From Bacteroidota bacterium (GTDB lineage: Bacteria; Bacteroidota; Ignavibacteria; Ignavibacteriales; Melioribacteraceae), in assembly GCA_039714835.1 (NCBI GenBank), contig JBDLIN010000001.1, forward strand, positions 1 through 58,379: DNA of 58,379 bases, in the 5' to 3' direction. Shown one piece after another: positions 44,157 to 54,011 of the stretch; the stretch's first letter is position 1, and every line of letters begins with the position of its first letter. The notes under the pieces are model-generated. The model had not been told where the DNA came from and searched no databases. It saw nothing but the letters and a program-made list of their open reading frames with translations. The position numbers and the translations under genes are program-made.

Positions 44157-46226
44157 TTAATACAAGAGCAATTCTTTTAACTCAGTATAAATTTTATCCC
44201 GATTTGGAAGAACTTCCTTTTCCAAATTTGGATGATAAGGAATAAATGTATCCTTAGCAGCCACACGCCTTACGGGGCCATCCAAATATTCAAAGCATGA
44301 ATCAGTAATTCTTGCGCTGATTTCCGCACCAAATCCAGCGGTTAAAGTATCTTCGTGAATTACAATCGCTTTTCCGGTTTTTCGCACTGAATTAAAAATC
44401 GTTTCTTCATCTAGCGGATTCATCGTTCTGATATCAATTAGTTCGATTGAATGTCCCTCTTCCTTTAATTTACGAAGTGCAAAAGTTGCTTCGTGCACCA
44501 TTGCTCCATAAGTAATTATTGTTAAATCATTCCCTTTAATAATGGTATTCGCTTTACCAAAAGGTAGAAGATATTTATGATCCGGTTCAGGAGAACTTGC
44601 ATAACTTTGTCGATATAATCCCTTATGCTCCAAGAAAAGAACAGGATCATTTAATCTGAGTGCTGTCTTTAATAAACCTTTTGCATCAGCAGCACTTGAT
44701 GGATATGCTATAAGCAGACCTGGTACATGGGAGAAGAATCCTTCAATATTCTGGCTATGAAATAATCCACCATGAATAAAACCGCCAACAGCAACACGAA
44801 ATACCATTGGAGATGAGAATTGATTATTAGAACGGTAACGATATGTAACTAATTCGTCTCTCATCTGCATGAAGGCAGGCCAAATGTAATCGCCAAATTG
44901 AATTTCGACACATGGTTTTAGTCCTACTAATGCCATTCCAATTCCAATTCCAGCAATACTTGCCTCTGCTAAAGGTGAGTTAAATACTCTTTCTTCTCCG
45001 TACTTTGTTGATAGTCCCTTAGTAGAAGTAAAAACCCCGCCTTTTCTATCCGCAACATCCTCCCCAAAAACATAGATTTTCTCATTGATCTCCATCTCTT
45101 CATGAAGAGCGTGATTGATTGCATCTACCATTACAATAGGATTACCGGCCGGTTTTGATTTCTCATATTCCAGCCTATCTCTTTTTCCGCTCTCGTCTAA
45201 AATAAATCGAACAGCACTTTCAGCTTTAGGTTCATTCTGCCGAAGAGAGTATTCTGCTGCTTTTTCAATTTCTTTATTTAGTTCACTTTCAATTTTAGAA
45301 ACAAAATCTACACTAATTTTTTCTTCTTTGATTAAAACATCTTTAAGCTTTTGGATAGGATCTTTTTCTTGATCAGCCTCAATATCTTCTTTCTCTCTAT
45401 ATTTTCTTTGATCATCTGAGGAAGAATGGGATGCAAGTCGTACAACATGAGCTTCGATTAGAACTGGTCCGTTTCCATTACGGACATAGTCAAATGCTTG
45501 CTGCGCAACATCATAGCTTTTATTAAAATCTGTTCCATCTACTTCAACTTTTAGCAAATTTTCAAATCCACTCATTAATTGGGCTATGGAAGAATTCTTC
45601 CCACTATTTTGTGCTTCGACAGGAACGGATATCGCCAGTTTATTATTTTGTATAACAAAGATAACCGGCAGTTTCTCACGACTAGCCCAGTTAACAGCTT
45701 CATAAAATTCTCCCTCGCTCGTTGTTCCATCACCACTACTGACATAAGTGACAGCATTATTCCCTTTCCGTTTTAAGGCTAAGGCTGTACCAACAGCCTG
45801 GAGAAATTGAGTTCCGGTTGGGCTTGATTGCGCGGGAATATTCAATTCCTTAGAACCCCAGTGATTAGGCATTTGTCTCCCTCCGGTCATTGGGTCGGAG
45901 CCCTTGGCTAACATGTGTAAAAAGACATTATCAAGCTTTTCCCCAAGAGTTAGCAGAAAAGCAAGATCTCTATAATATGGATAAGCCCAATCAATACCAG
46001 GCTGCATCTGCATTCCAACTGCAATTTGAATTGCTTCATGCCCTGCAGCTGACATATGGAAATATGACTTACCTTGTTTGAGAAGGTTCATGATCTTATG
46101 ATCAGTTTTCCGAGTTAATAACATAGTTCTCAAAGCATTGATTCGAACTTTCTTATCAATTTTATCGGACTTGTTGTCTTTATTTATATTTTTCGTCTTC
46201 ATATCTATTTTATTTTCTGTTCTCAT
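44157..46226 (-). CDS. 2-oxoacid dehydrogenase E1 component, fused alpha and beta subunits (probably branched-chain type)
   Basis: 689 aa. ThDP-binding GDG(T)TSEG...N motif in the N-terminal half. Transketolase-like Pyr and C-terminal domains in the second half. Confidence 0.85.
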   Translation of the reverse strand: MRTENKIDMKTKNINKDNKSDKIDKKVRINALRTMLLTRKTDHKIMNLLKQGKSYFHMSAAGHEAIQIAVGMQMQPGIDWAYPYYRDLAFLLTLGEKLDNVFLHMLAKGSDPMTGGRQMPNHWGSKELNIPAQSSPTGTQFLQAVGTALALKRKGNNAVTYVSSGDGTTSEGEFYEAVNWASREKLPVIFVIQNNKLAISVPVEAQNSGKNSSIAQLMSGFENLLKVEVDGTDFNKSYDVAQQAFDYVRNGNGPVLIEAHVVRLASHSSSDDQRKYREKEDIEADQEKDPIQKLKDVLIKEEKISVDFVSKIESELNKEIEKAAEYSLRQNEPKAESAVRFILDESGKRDRLEYEKSKPAGNPIVMVDAINHALHEEMEINEKIYVFGEDVADRKGGVFTSTKGLSTKYGEERVFNSPLAEASIAGIGIGMALVGLKPCVEIQFGDYIWPAFMQMRDELVTYRYRSNNQFSSPMVFRVAVGGFIHGGLFHSQNIEGFFSHVPGLLIAYPSSAADAKGLLKTALRLNDPVLFLEHKGLYRQSYASSPEPDHKYLLPFGKANTIIKGNDLTIITYGAMVHEATFALRKLKEEGHSIELIDIRTMNPLDEETIFNSVRKTGKAIVIHEDTLTAGFGAEISARITDSCFEYLDGPVRRVAAKDTFIPYHPNLEKEVLPNRDKIYTELKELLLY

Positions 46227-46249
46227 TTTTTAACTATTGTTTTTAATTT

Positions 46250-46939
46250 TTATATATCCAACATCTGGGTTTTCACTTTATCATAAGAAAAGATTTCTTT
46301 AGCATTCTTAATAATTGCATTCTTAATATTTTGAATATCAAACGTCTGATCAAGTTCTTTTCCTAATGATGTCACTTCTTTATCTTCTATTCCACAAGGG
46401 ATAATTCCATTAAATAAATCCAAATCGGTATTTATATTAAAAGCAAATCCGTGCATTGTAATCCACTTGCTTATTTTAATCCCGATTGCACATATTTTTC
46501 TATCTTCAATCCATACTCCCGTATGTTCATTATTTCTAATAGTTTTTAATCCAAAATCATCGCATGTTTTAATAATAACCTCTTCTAAAGATCTGAGATA
46601 ACGATGAGCATCTCTTTCCCACTGGCCTAGATCAAAAATTGGATATCCAACAATTTGGCCCGGTCCGTGGTAGGTGATATCACCACCTCTATCAATATCA
46701 TAGACCTTGATACCCTTTGATTTTAGGAAATCATCATCCCCTATCAGATTATTTTTATCAGCAGTTTTACCTAAAGTGTAAGTGTTCGGATGTTCGAGTA
46801 AAAGTAGAGTATCAGGAATTAAATCATTTAATCTTTTTTCAAATAATGATTTTTGAAACTTCCAGGCAACGTCATAATCGATTAATCCTAAATCAATATA
46901 ATCAAGATCTCTATATATGGATTGATTTTCCATCTGCAT
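46250..46939 (-). CDS. lipB: lipoyl(octanoyl) transferase
   Basis: RGGDITYHGPGQ motif, catalytic KICAIG region. The start overlaps the lpd stop by 23-29 nt (alternative Met at 46933). Confidence 0.9.
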   Translation of the reverse strand: MQMENQSIYRDLDYIDLGLIDYDVAWKFQKSLFEKRLNDLIPDTLLLLEHPNTYTLGKTADKNNLIGDDDFLKSKGIKVYDIDRGGDITYHGPGQIVGYPIFDLGQWERDAHRYLRSLEEVIIKTCDDFGLKTIRNNEHTGVWIEDRKICAIGIKISKWITMHGFAFNINTDLDLFNGIIPCGIEDKEVTSLGKELDQTFDIQNIKNAIIKNAKEIFSYDKVKTQMLDI

Positions 46940-48314
46940 CCTCTGCAGCTTCCATAATTATCTCAGATAATGTTGGATGAGCATGAATTGTTCCTGCAAT
47001 CGTCTCTTCAGTTGCTTCTAATGATTTAGCAAGACCAAGCTCTGCTATTAATTCGGTTGCTTCAGATCCGATAAGATGAGCACCTAAAAGTTCACCATAT
47101 TTTTTATCGAAAATTAATTTCGCAAATCCTTCTCTCTCTCCTATTGCAGCAGCTTTACCACTTGCCGAAAATGGAAACTTCCCTATCTTTATATCATAAC
47201 CTAATGAAATAGCCTGCTCTTCTGTTAAACCAATACTTGCAACTTGCGGCTGACAATATGTACAGCCAGGAATACTCGAATAATCTATATCTTTCAATTC
47301 TTTACCATGAAACCTTTCAACACAATGAATACCTTCTGCTGATGCAACATGAGCTAATGCAGGTTGTCCAATCACATCACCAATAGCATAAATATTTTCA
47401 ACATTGGTCTCATAAGTTGATTTATCCACCTTAATACTATCTTTTACAGTTTCAATTCCTAGATTCTCTAAACCAATTCCATCGATATTAGGAGAAACTC
47501 CAATAGCATTTAATACTTTATCTGCAGTAATTTTTTCAATTTTTCCATTAATTTCAAAAACAACTTCAACATTTTCTCCATTTATATTCACTTTGCTAAC
47601 TTTCGCAGAATTATAAAAGGTAATCCCTCGTTTTGAGAGACTATTTTTCAGAGTTTCGGAAATTTCCTTGTCTTCCAATGGTAATATTGTTTCCATCATC
47701 TCAATGACAGTTACTTTCGTCCCAAGCACAGAATAAAAATATGCAAATTCAATCCCGATAACACCGCCGCCAACAATGACCAATTCTGAAGGAAGTTCAG
47801 AAAGGTTCATGGCTTCGCTGCTTGTAATTATCTTTTCCCTATCTACTGGAATTGAAGGAATGGATTTCGGTCTTGCTCCTGTAGCTATTATAATTCTATC
47901 AGAAATCACTGTATCAATTGAATTTCCATCGTCATCAAATACATCAATCTCTTTCGAAGAATTCAGTTTCCCAAATCCTTTAATAATATCTATTTTATTC
48001 TTTTTTATTAAATACTCAACACCTTTAACTATCTTTTTAGATACCGTTCTGCTACGCTTAATAATTTTTTCAAAATTAAAGCTTACATTTTCGACCGAAA
48101 TACCAAAATTCTTAGAATGATTTGAAATAAGGTCATATACTTCTGCATTTTTGAGTAATGATTTTGTAGGGATACATCCCCAATTCAAACATATTCCACC
48201 AAGCTTATCCTTTTCAACAATTACTGTTTTATAACCAAGTTGTGAAGCTCTAATTGCAGCAACATATCCACCAGGACCACCACCCAAAACGGCAACATCA
48301 TACTTTTTAGACAT
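46911..48314 (-). CDS. lpdA: dihydrolipoyl dehydrogenase (E3)
   Basis: GGGPGGYVAAIRA FAD motif, redox-active GGICLNWGCIPTK, C-terminal HAHPTLSE. Confidence 0.92.
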   Translation of the reverse strand: MSKKYDVAVLGGGPGGYVAAIRASQLGYKTVIVEKDKLGGICLNWGCIPTKSLLKNAEVYDLISNHSKNFGISVENVSFNFEKIIKRSRTVSKKIVKGVEYLIKKNKIDIIKGFGKLNSSKEIDVFDDDGNSIDTVISDRIIIATGARPKSIPSIPVDREKIITSSEAMNLSELPSELVIVGGGVIGIEFAYFYSVLGTKVTVIEMMETILPLEDKEISETLKNSLSKRGITFYNSAKVSKVNINGENVEVVFEINGKIEKITADKVLNAIGVSPNIDGIGLENLGIETVKDSIKVDKSTYETNVENIYAIGDVIGQPALAHVASAEGIHCVERFHGKELKDIDYSSIPGCTYCQPQVASIGLTEEQAISLGYDIKIGKFPFSASGKAAAIGEREGFAKLIFDKKYGELLGAHLIGSEATELIAELGLAKSLEATEETIAGTIHAHPTLSEIIMEAAEDADGKSIHI

Positions 48315-48403
48315 AATAAGACCCCATAACTTATTTTATTAAATATAAATATACTGAAGATTAAAGATAAATAAAACTTAGCTGATTATATATAATTCCA
48401 TAA

Positions 48404-49132
48404 TTAAACAGAATCAAGAAGCATAAAATCCTTTGTCTCACTTTTACGATCATTCGTCTCGACTTTATCGGAATAATTACAAACTCGAATTAAAGGACAA
48501 ATTCCACAACTTGGATTTTGTGATTTACAAACTTCTCTTCCTAGGCGTATTAAATTTGTGTGAAATTGATGAGCTATTTTTAGTGGAAATTTCTCATTTA
48601 TCTTATAAAAAGTTTTATCCGGAGTTGCAGCATTAACAACTCCAATTCTATTTAATGTCCGATGGACGTGTGTATCAACCGGACAAATATTCCTCCCTTC
48701 TGCAAAAAGTAGAACACAGCTTGCAGTTTTAACACCAACACCCTTAAATTTTGTCAATTCTTCAATTGCTTCATTATCTTGCATTTGTACAATATGTTCA
48801 AGAGAAATTTTATTCTTTTTATTAAATAAATTTGTAATAAATTCTTTAATAGCTTTGGATTTCTGCACAGCTAAGCCAGCAACACGGATCTCCTTTTCGA
48901 TTGATGTTCTACGAGCACTCAATAAATTATCCCAAGATTTATATCTTTTTTTCAGATTCTGATATGCTTTATACGAATTATTATCATTTGTATTCTGAGA
49001 GAGGATGGTCGCAATGATCATATCAACGGAATCTGGCAAATCTTTTTTTCTTGGGGGAATACCAAAATACTCTACCAAAGATTTATCTATTCTTTTAATT
49101 CTGTCTGAGAGTGATTTATTCTTTTGTCCCAT
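48404..49132 (-). CDS. nth: endonuclease III-like HhH-GPD DNA glycosylase with [4Fe-4S] loop
   Basis: HhH motif LTKFKGVGVKTASCVL, catalytic D in PVDTHVHR, C-terminal CKSQNPSCGICPLIRVC cluster. Confidence 0.75.
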   Translation of the reverse strand: MGQKNKSLSDRIKRIDKSLVEYFGIPPRKKDLPDSVDMIIATILSQNTNDNNSYKAYQNLKKRYKSWDNLLSARRTSIEKEIRVAGLAVQKSKAIKEFITNLFNKKNKISLEHIVQMQDNEAIEELTKFKGVGVKTASCVLLFAEGRNICPVDTHVHRTLNRIGVVNAATPDKTFYKINEKFPLKIAHQFHTNLIRLGREVCKSQNPSCGICPLIRVCNYSDKVETNDRKSETKDFMLLDSV

Positions 49133-49150
49133 AATATTATAATTTCTTCC

Positions 49151-49236
49151 TTGTGATCTTAGTGACTTTCATTGTGCACTTTGTGGTTTTCTCTTTTACC
49201 ACTAGGGTCACAAAGTTTTTCACAAAGGACACAATG
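49151..49236. repeat. TTGTG/CACAA short-repeat inverted structure
   Basis: ttgtgatc..agtgacttt-cattgtgcactttgtg (49170..49185) pairs with cacaaaggacacaatg (49221..49236) at 14 of 16 positions. The right arm gggtcacaaagtttttcacaaaggacaca resembles 6477..6502. Confidence 0.5.
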
Positions 49237-49240
49237 TTAT

Positions 49241-49268
49241 AAAAAAAAGGGACGATACTCGTCCCTTT
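49241..49268 (-). terminator. rho-independent terminator after the PorV-like gene 49296..50330
   Basis: AAAGGGAC-gatactc-GTCCCTTT stem-loop. The minus-strand RNA ends in a run of 8 U (A8 at 49241..49248 on the plus strand). Confidence 0.75.
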
Positions 49269-49295
49269 CAATATTAAAACTATTAGATTTATTTT

Positions 49296-50330
49296 TTAGA
49301 GCAATAATCCTACATCAAAAAATTGAACATTTTTTAGTCTTCCATAATCAGCATAAGCGTAATTAATATAGATTCCAAAATTATCATTGAAGTAATATTT
49401 CAGCCCTGCTCCAAATGTTAATCCACCTTCTTCATTATTCATTAATAACTGCTTATAACCAGCTCTAAGGAAAAGCAATTCGTCAAATGCAAATTCTGTC
49501 CCTAAGTTAAGATACTCTGAATTGTCATTAGGATGGATTGCATCAACTGCCGCACTTAATCTGATGAATCGTGTATCAATAACATCCATAGCTAATCCAA
49601 ATCGGAACATCAGTGGTAATGCAAATGCGTCTGTATCATATGAGGCTGGTATATTACCTGGCCCACTTGTGAAGTCATTGTTAGGATCATAATTAAACTT
49701 AATATCACTTCCATCTAACTCCATAGCTGAGCCGAAATTAAATATAGCTGCAGATATCATTAAATCATTAAAAGGCGTTCGATATAAAGTACCAACATCA
49801 ACTGCAAAACTTGAAGCTGATGAATTCCAAATAGATTCACGAATGTATTTCAGATTCATACCAACTGAAAATCTATCAGTTAATTCTTTTGAATATGATA
49901 ATGTAGCTGCTATTGAACTAGCATCCCACATTCGTCCATCACCATCTTGATGTGATTCAGTTCTAACTTTATCTTCCGGTACAGCCAATGATGTAAAACT
50001 TGCAGCAAAAAATCCCATATCACCTAAGTTTAATGATGCAGCGGCAAAATCATAGCTGATATCAGCCAGCCAATTAGCATGATTAAACACAGCTTCAGCA
50101 TTATTTGAACTTTGTGCTATACCGGCCGGGTTCCAATAAATTGAGTAAACATCAGTTCCCATAGCAGAGTATGCACCACCCATAGCAATAGCTCTTGCAC
50201 CGGCACCAATCTTCAAAAATTGAGCAGAAGTTGTTCCAACCTTAGTTGTTCCGCTGAACAATTGTGCCTGTATTTGCATGAATGAACTAAAAACAAATAT
50301 CAAGATTATAATAAAAATATTTTTTTTCAT
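49296..50330 (-). CDS. PorV/PorQ-family (FadL-like) outer-membrane beta-barrel protein, copy 2
   Basis: Signal peptide, GTTSAQFLKIGAGARAIAMGGAY...IYWNPAGIA. Paralog of 28934..29962. Confidence 0.7.
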   Translation of the reverse strand: MKKNIFIIILIFVFSSFMQIQAQLFSGTTKVGTTSAQFLKIGAGARAIAMGGAYSAMGTDVYSIYWNPAGIAQSSNNAEAVFNHANWLADISYDFAAASLNLGDMGFFAASFTSLAVPEDKVRTESHQDGDGRMWDASSIAATLSYSKELTDRFSVGMNLKYIRESIWNSSASSFAVDVGTLYRTPFNDLMISAAIFNFGSAMELDGSDIKFNYDPNNDFTSGPGNIPASYDTDAFALPLMFRFGLAMDVIDTRFIRLSAAVDAIHPNDNSEYLNLGTEFAFDELLFLRAGYKQLLMNNEEGGLTFGAGLKYYFNDNFGIYINYAYADYGRLKNVQFFDVGLLL

Positions 50331-50378
50331 TTATTTTCCTCCGCTATAAATTTTTTAGATACCGTTTAATTGATATCT

Positions 50379-53300
50379 CTATTTTATAACTCCAAATCTG
50401 CCAATTTTATCTCCTACATCTGGAACTTCAACATGATATATATACACACCATAAGCAACACGATGTCCTTCATCACTTAATAAATCCCAAGCTGCAGTAC
50501 TAGTATTATCATTTTTTTCAATAACAGAAACAAGTTCCCCAATGATAGTATAAATTCTTATCGTACACTCTGGTGGAAGATTTTTGAATTTAAGTTTCTT
50601 ATCACCTCTCTGACCAGGTAATCTCCCAGGAGTTTCAAAATCACTATATACTACATAGGGATTTGGAACAACAAAAATTTCATCTAATGTTTCCTCAGCT
50701 AACTTTGGTTTATATTCAGCTGCTTTTGCTTCATATCTATATAAATCCCCAACCTCAAAGGGTTTTGATGTCCGTACGTGGTAAATATCACCTTCTTTTG
50801 GATAAACGGGCTCATATTTATTAATTGTTGTATCAGCAACAAAAGTACTATCATCAATCCACGTTGTATCGATTGATGCTAAAGTATCCGGACGCAGATC
50901 AAACTGTAAGAAATATGAAACTGTAGCTCCTGGAGCATCTGTTGGTCTCAGTAAAAGTGGTTCTCCCCAATCCCATTTTCCATTCTCATTTGGATATCCA
51001 ATTTCATTAATTAGGAAATTACCTTTAACATAGTTTCCTTGATCGTCAACTTCAGAGATATTAACTATATTGAATGGAACTGATGTTAATGAGTTTGATG
51101 GAATAATGAAAGCAGAGTCTCCATTTGCCCAACTACCATCTTCTAATGTATCAGTATAGTCTAACCATCTAACTTCCCAATCAGCTCTGTACTGAACATG
51201 AGGAGTTCCAGGATAATTAGCATTAGATTTACTCCATAATACTGAATCTCTAACATTTGTTTCCGATTCTTCATCCCACTCGCATCTGCTTTCATCTAGA
51301 TCAAGTGGATGATTTTGAACAAATATTCTTTGGCCGTCAAATGCCGGGTTTGCATCAGAACTATCAATAAGAGTACTATTGAAGACCGGATAATAATTAT
51401 ATTTAATATTGAATTTCTGATTACTTGTTAGATCACCAGAATTATTACCACGTATTTTACCTTGATCTTCCTTTATAATATATTGACTCTGATCAATTAC
51501 ATTACCACTTTCGTCAGTTACTTCAACACTACTCGTCTTTATATTTTCTTTACTTAGATTAACAAATACAGTATCCTTGGATACGAACGATTCCTCTACA
51601 CCGGTTGAGTCATAAACATTATAAATGTCAACTTCTTCAAATTCGATAGTAAAAATTCTATCTTGAACTTTTGTTGGTTCAACAATTTTCACCACTAAAC
51701 TACCTGTTGCGTCTCCGGTTATTTGATCAGGTATTCCCCCTGTTCCTGCTTCAGCATCACTATACCCAGAAGTGCTTTTCATGGGAGTAGCTATGCCAGT
51801 ATTAACATCAAATGTAAGTTCACTAGTTACCGGATCTACATCAATAATTGTTTGTGTTTCTGTTGGGGGTATACTAAACTTTTCCGATCCACCATCATAA
51901 GCTGCAAGTGCATAATAGTAAGTAACGCCATTCGTTACATTTGAATCAACATATTCGTGTACCAATCCGCTATTACTTCCAATATAATATTTAACACCTC
52001 TTCCAACATATTCTATCGGATGAAATCCTTCCAAACTATCAACAACATCAAACTGCGCAATCCCTTTTCCAATAAAAGGATTACCCAAACCATCAGTTAT
52101 AGTTTTTACATCGCTAAATGTAGGATCTTGACTTCTGTAGATTTTATAACCTTGAAAATCAAAAGTTCTTATAAATGGATCAAATGATTTTTCTGAGGCA
52201 TCGTCCCAATATAATGTGACCCTTCCATCACCAGGTACAACTGATAAATTCGGCTTTGTAGGTGGTTTCGCAAATCTGTAGTCAGACTCAAGGATACGTG
52301 TTGATGTTTCAGCATTGAGAAGCAAGTGATCTACATTATTTCCAAAAAGAATTGTCATTGAAAATCTTTGACTTTCACCTTGCTCTAAACTAAGAGGACC
52401 AGTACCAAAGTTAAAAATATTATCCCCCGGATTATTAAGAAGTTCCTGATCTGTACTGATAGTATCTGATGATAACCACTCCCACATCAAAGGATCGTTT
52501 CTCGGTACATTGGGGTCTGAATTTGTGTAAGTCGCTGCATGAAAGCTTGAAAGTCCAATCTGATCAGATTCTGAAATGTCTCTTAATCCATAATTCAATT
52601 CTGACCCAGCCCACTTTGATCCAGGTGTTCTTTCATCACCAATTGTACCATTTAATTCCCAACCTTGTGATGGGACTCCATCACCTTCTCCATAATCAGG
52701 ACCAGGATAATTTTCTGATTCAGGACCAATACCATCAATACCTATATCATCTTTTTCTAGATCCCAGTCACCATCTTCATCACCAGACCATCTAGGTCTA
52801 GGTTTACCATATATAGCTGTATATTTTGCAACATCACTGATACCTGTATTTAAAGGAATACTTTCACCATCAATAAACTCACCCGAACTATTATCCGGGG
52901 ATTCATCTGTAATTCCATCATCATCATTATCAATTAGATCAACAGCATTAGATGGTGATTCAAGAAATTTCCAACCAAAATAACCAGGGCTACGGCCAGC
53001 ATCACCCACTCCATCACCATCCCAAGCATAAACCATACTTCGAGCTCGCTGATTTACACCATTTAAATGTATCGAATTACCAAATGGATCAATAAAATCT
53101 GCTTTGTCATCAGCATAATCTGCCGGACCGCCAACATGCGGATCACCATGCATTCCGAAATAAGCTTCTTCTATTTTTTTATCACTTGCATTTGATATTT
53201 GATAAACAAGAAACATAATATCTTCAGCAAGTGAATTATTGAATTGAAGTATGCGAACTTCCATATCTAAACCAAGTCCATGCATATTCGGATCAGAATT

Positions 53301-54005
53301 AGATGGAGTATATGAAGGGAATTCCTCATTAGAATAATCATCAACAACATAGTAAACTTCTTCATCCGGGGCTGATGCTTGATCTCCTAGGAATGCAGGC
53401 CATAAGTATTTCCCAACTGAAGGATTGTACCAGCTTTCAGGCCATGAGTCAGGTTTTCCATCTCTTGGATCTTCATCTCCAATTCCTAAACGGGCAATTT
53501 CGGTTTGTCCTTCTGTTGTATCAACATAACCATTCTTTGGCAGCCATCCCCATTTAATAGTTCCATCCGGATTATAGTCACCTTGTCCGGTTAATACAAA
53601 TGAATCAGATACTATCTGTACTTGATTTCCATCATTACCGGTTACATCTGCTGCTGCAAGTGGTCCAAATTCAAATCCATAACCCAATCCTTGCCATACC
53701 AAGTCACCAACATTACCAAGAGTATTCGGTTTACAAATTGAACCGTAGTTGTACAGAATAGTTGTGATTTTATTCCCATTGATAAGCGATTCTTTTAGAT
53801 GACGTGTCTTCCCATTAACTTTGAAAGAACGGATTGAAAACATGTCTCCAAAAATTCGAACCATATCTTCTTCCGATAATCCCTTTACAATTGGATAACC
53901 GTTCTCATCATATTCTTGAGCCTCTAAACTAGTCAAGAATAGAGTTGAAACTAAGAAGAGCAGTAATAATTTTGTTATTAGCTTCATATTTAAAATACCT
54001 CTCAA
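50379..54005 (-). CDS. 1208-aa secreted protein of unknown function with Asp-rich Ca-binding-like repeats, FN3-like domain and divergent T9SS-like C-terminal domain, copy 2
   Basis: Signal peptide (MRGILNMKLITKLLLLFLV...LEA). DNDDDGITDE / DEDGDWD motifs. VTLYWDDASEKSFDP...FQGYKIYRS. Tail VVPNPYVV...VYIYHVE...RFGVIK. Confidence 0.75.
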   Translation of the reverse strand: MRGILNMKLITKLLLLFLVSTLFLTSLEAQEYDENGYPIVKGLSEEDMVRIFGDMFSIRSFKVNGKTRHLKESLINGNKITTILYNYGSICKPNTLGNVGDLVWQGLGYGFEFGPLAAADVTGNDGNQVQIVSDSFVLTGQGDYNPDGTIKWGWLPKNGYVDTTEGQTEIARLGIGDEDPRDGKPDSWPESWYNPSVGKYLWPAFLGDQASAPDEEVYYVVDDYSNEEFPSYTPSNSDPNMHGLGLDMEVRILQFNNSLAEDIMFLVYQISNASDKKIEEAYFGMHGDPHVGGPADYADDKADFIDPFGNSIHLNGVNQRARSMVYAWDGDGVGDAGRSPGYFGWKFLESPSNAVDLIDNDDDGITDESPDNSSGEFIDGESIPLNTGISDVAKYTAIYGKPRPRWSGDEDGDWDLEKDDIGIDGIGPESENYPGPDYGEGDGVPSQGWELNGTIGDERTPGSKWAGSELNYGLRDISESDQIGLSSFHAATYTNSDPNVPRNDPLMWEWLSSDTISTDQELLNNPGDNIFNFGTGPLSLEQGESQRFSMTILFGNNVDHLLLNAETSTRILESDYRFAKPPTKPNLSVVPGDGRVTLYWDDASEKSFDPFIRTFDFQGYKIYRSQDPTFSDVKTITDGLGNPFIGKGIAQFDVVDSLEGFHPIEYVGRGVKYYIGSNSGLVHEYVDSNVTNGVTYYYALAAYDGGSEKFSIPPTETQTIIDVDPVTSELTFDVNTGIATPMKSTSGYSDAEAGTGGIPDQITGDATGSLVVKIVEPTKVQDRIFTIEFEEVDIYNVYDSTGVEESFVSKDTVFVNLSKENIKTSSVEVTDESGNVIDQSQYIIKEDQGKIRGNNSGDLTSNQKFNIKYNYYPVFNSTLIDSSDANPAFDGQRIFVQNHPLDLDESRCEWDEESETNVRDSVLWSKSNANYPGTPHVQYRADWEVRWLDYTDTLEDGSWANGDSAFIIPSNSLTSVPFNIVNISEVDDQGNYVKGNFLINEIGYPNENGKWDWGEPLLLRPTDAPGATVSYFLQFDLRPDTLASIDTTWIDDSTFVADTTINKYEPVYPKEGDIYHVRTSKPFEVGDLYRYEAKAAEYKPKLAEETLDEIFVVPNPYVVYSDFETPGRLPGQRGDKKLKFKNLPPECTIRIYTIIGELVSVIEKNDNTSTAAWDLLSDEGHRVAYGVYIYHVEVPDVGDKIGRFGVIK

Positions 54006-54011
54006 TTTATC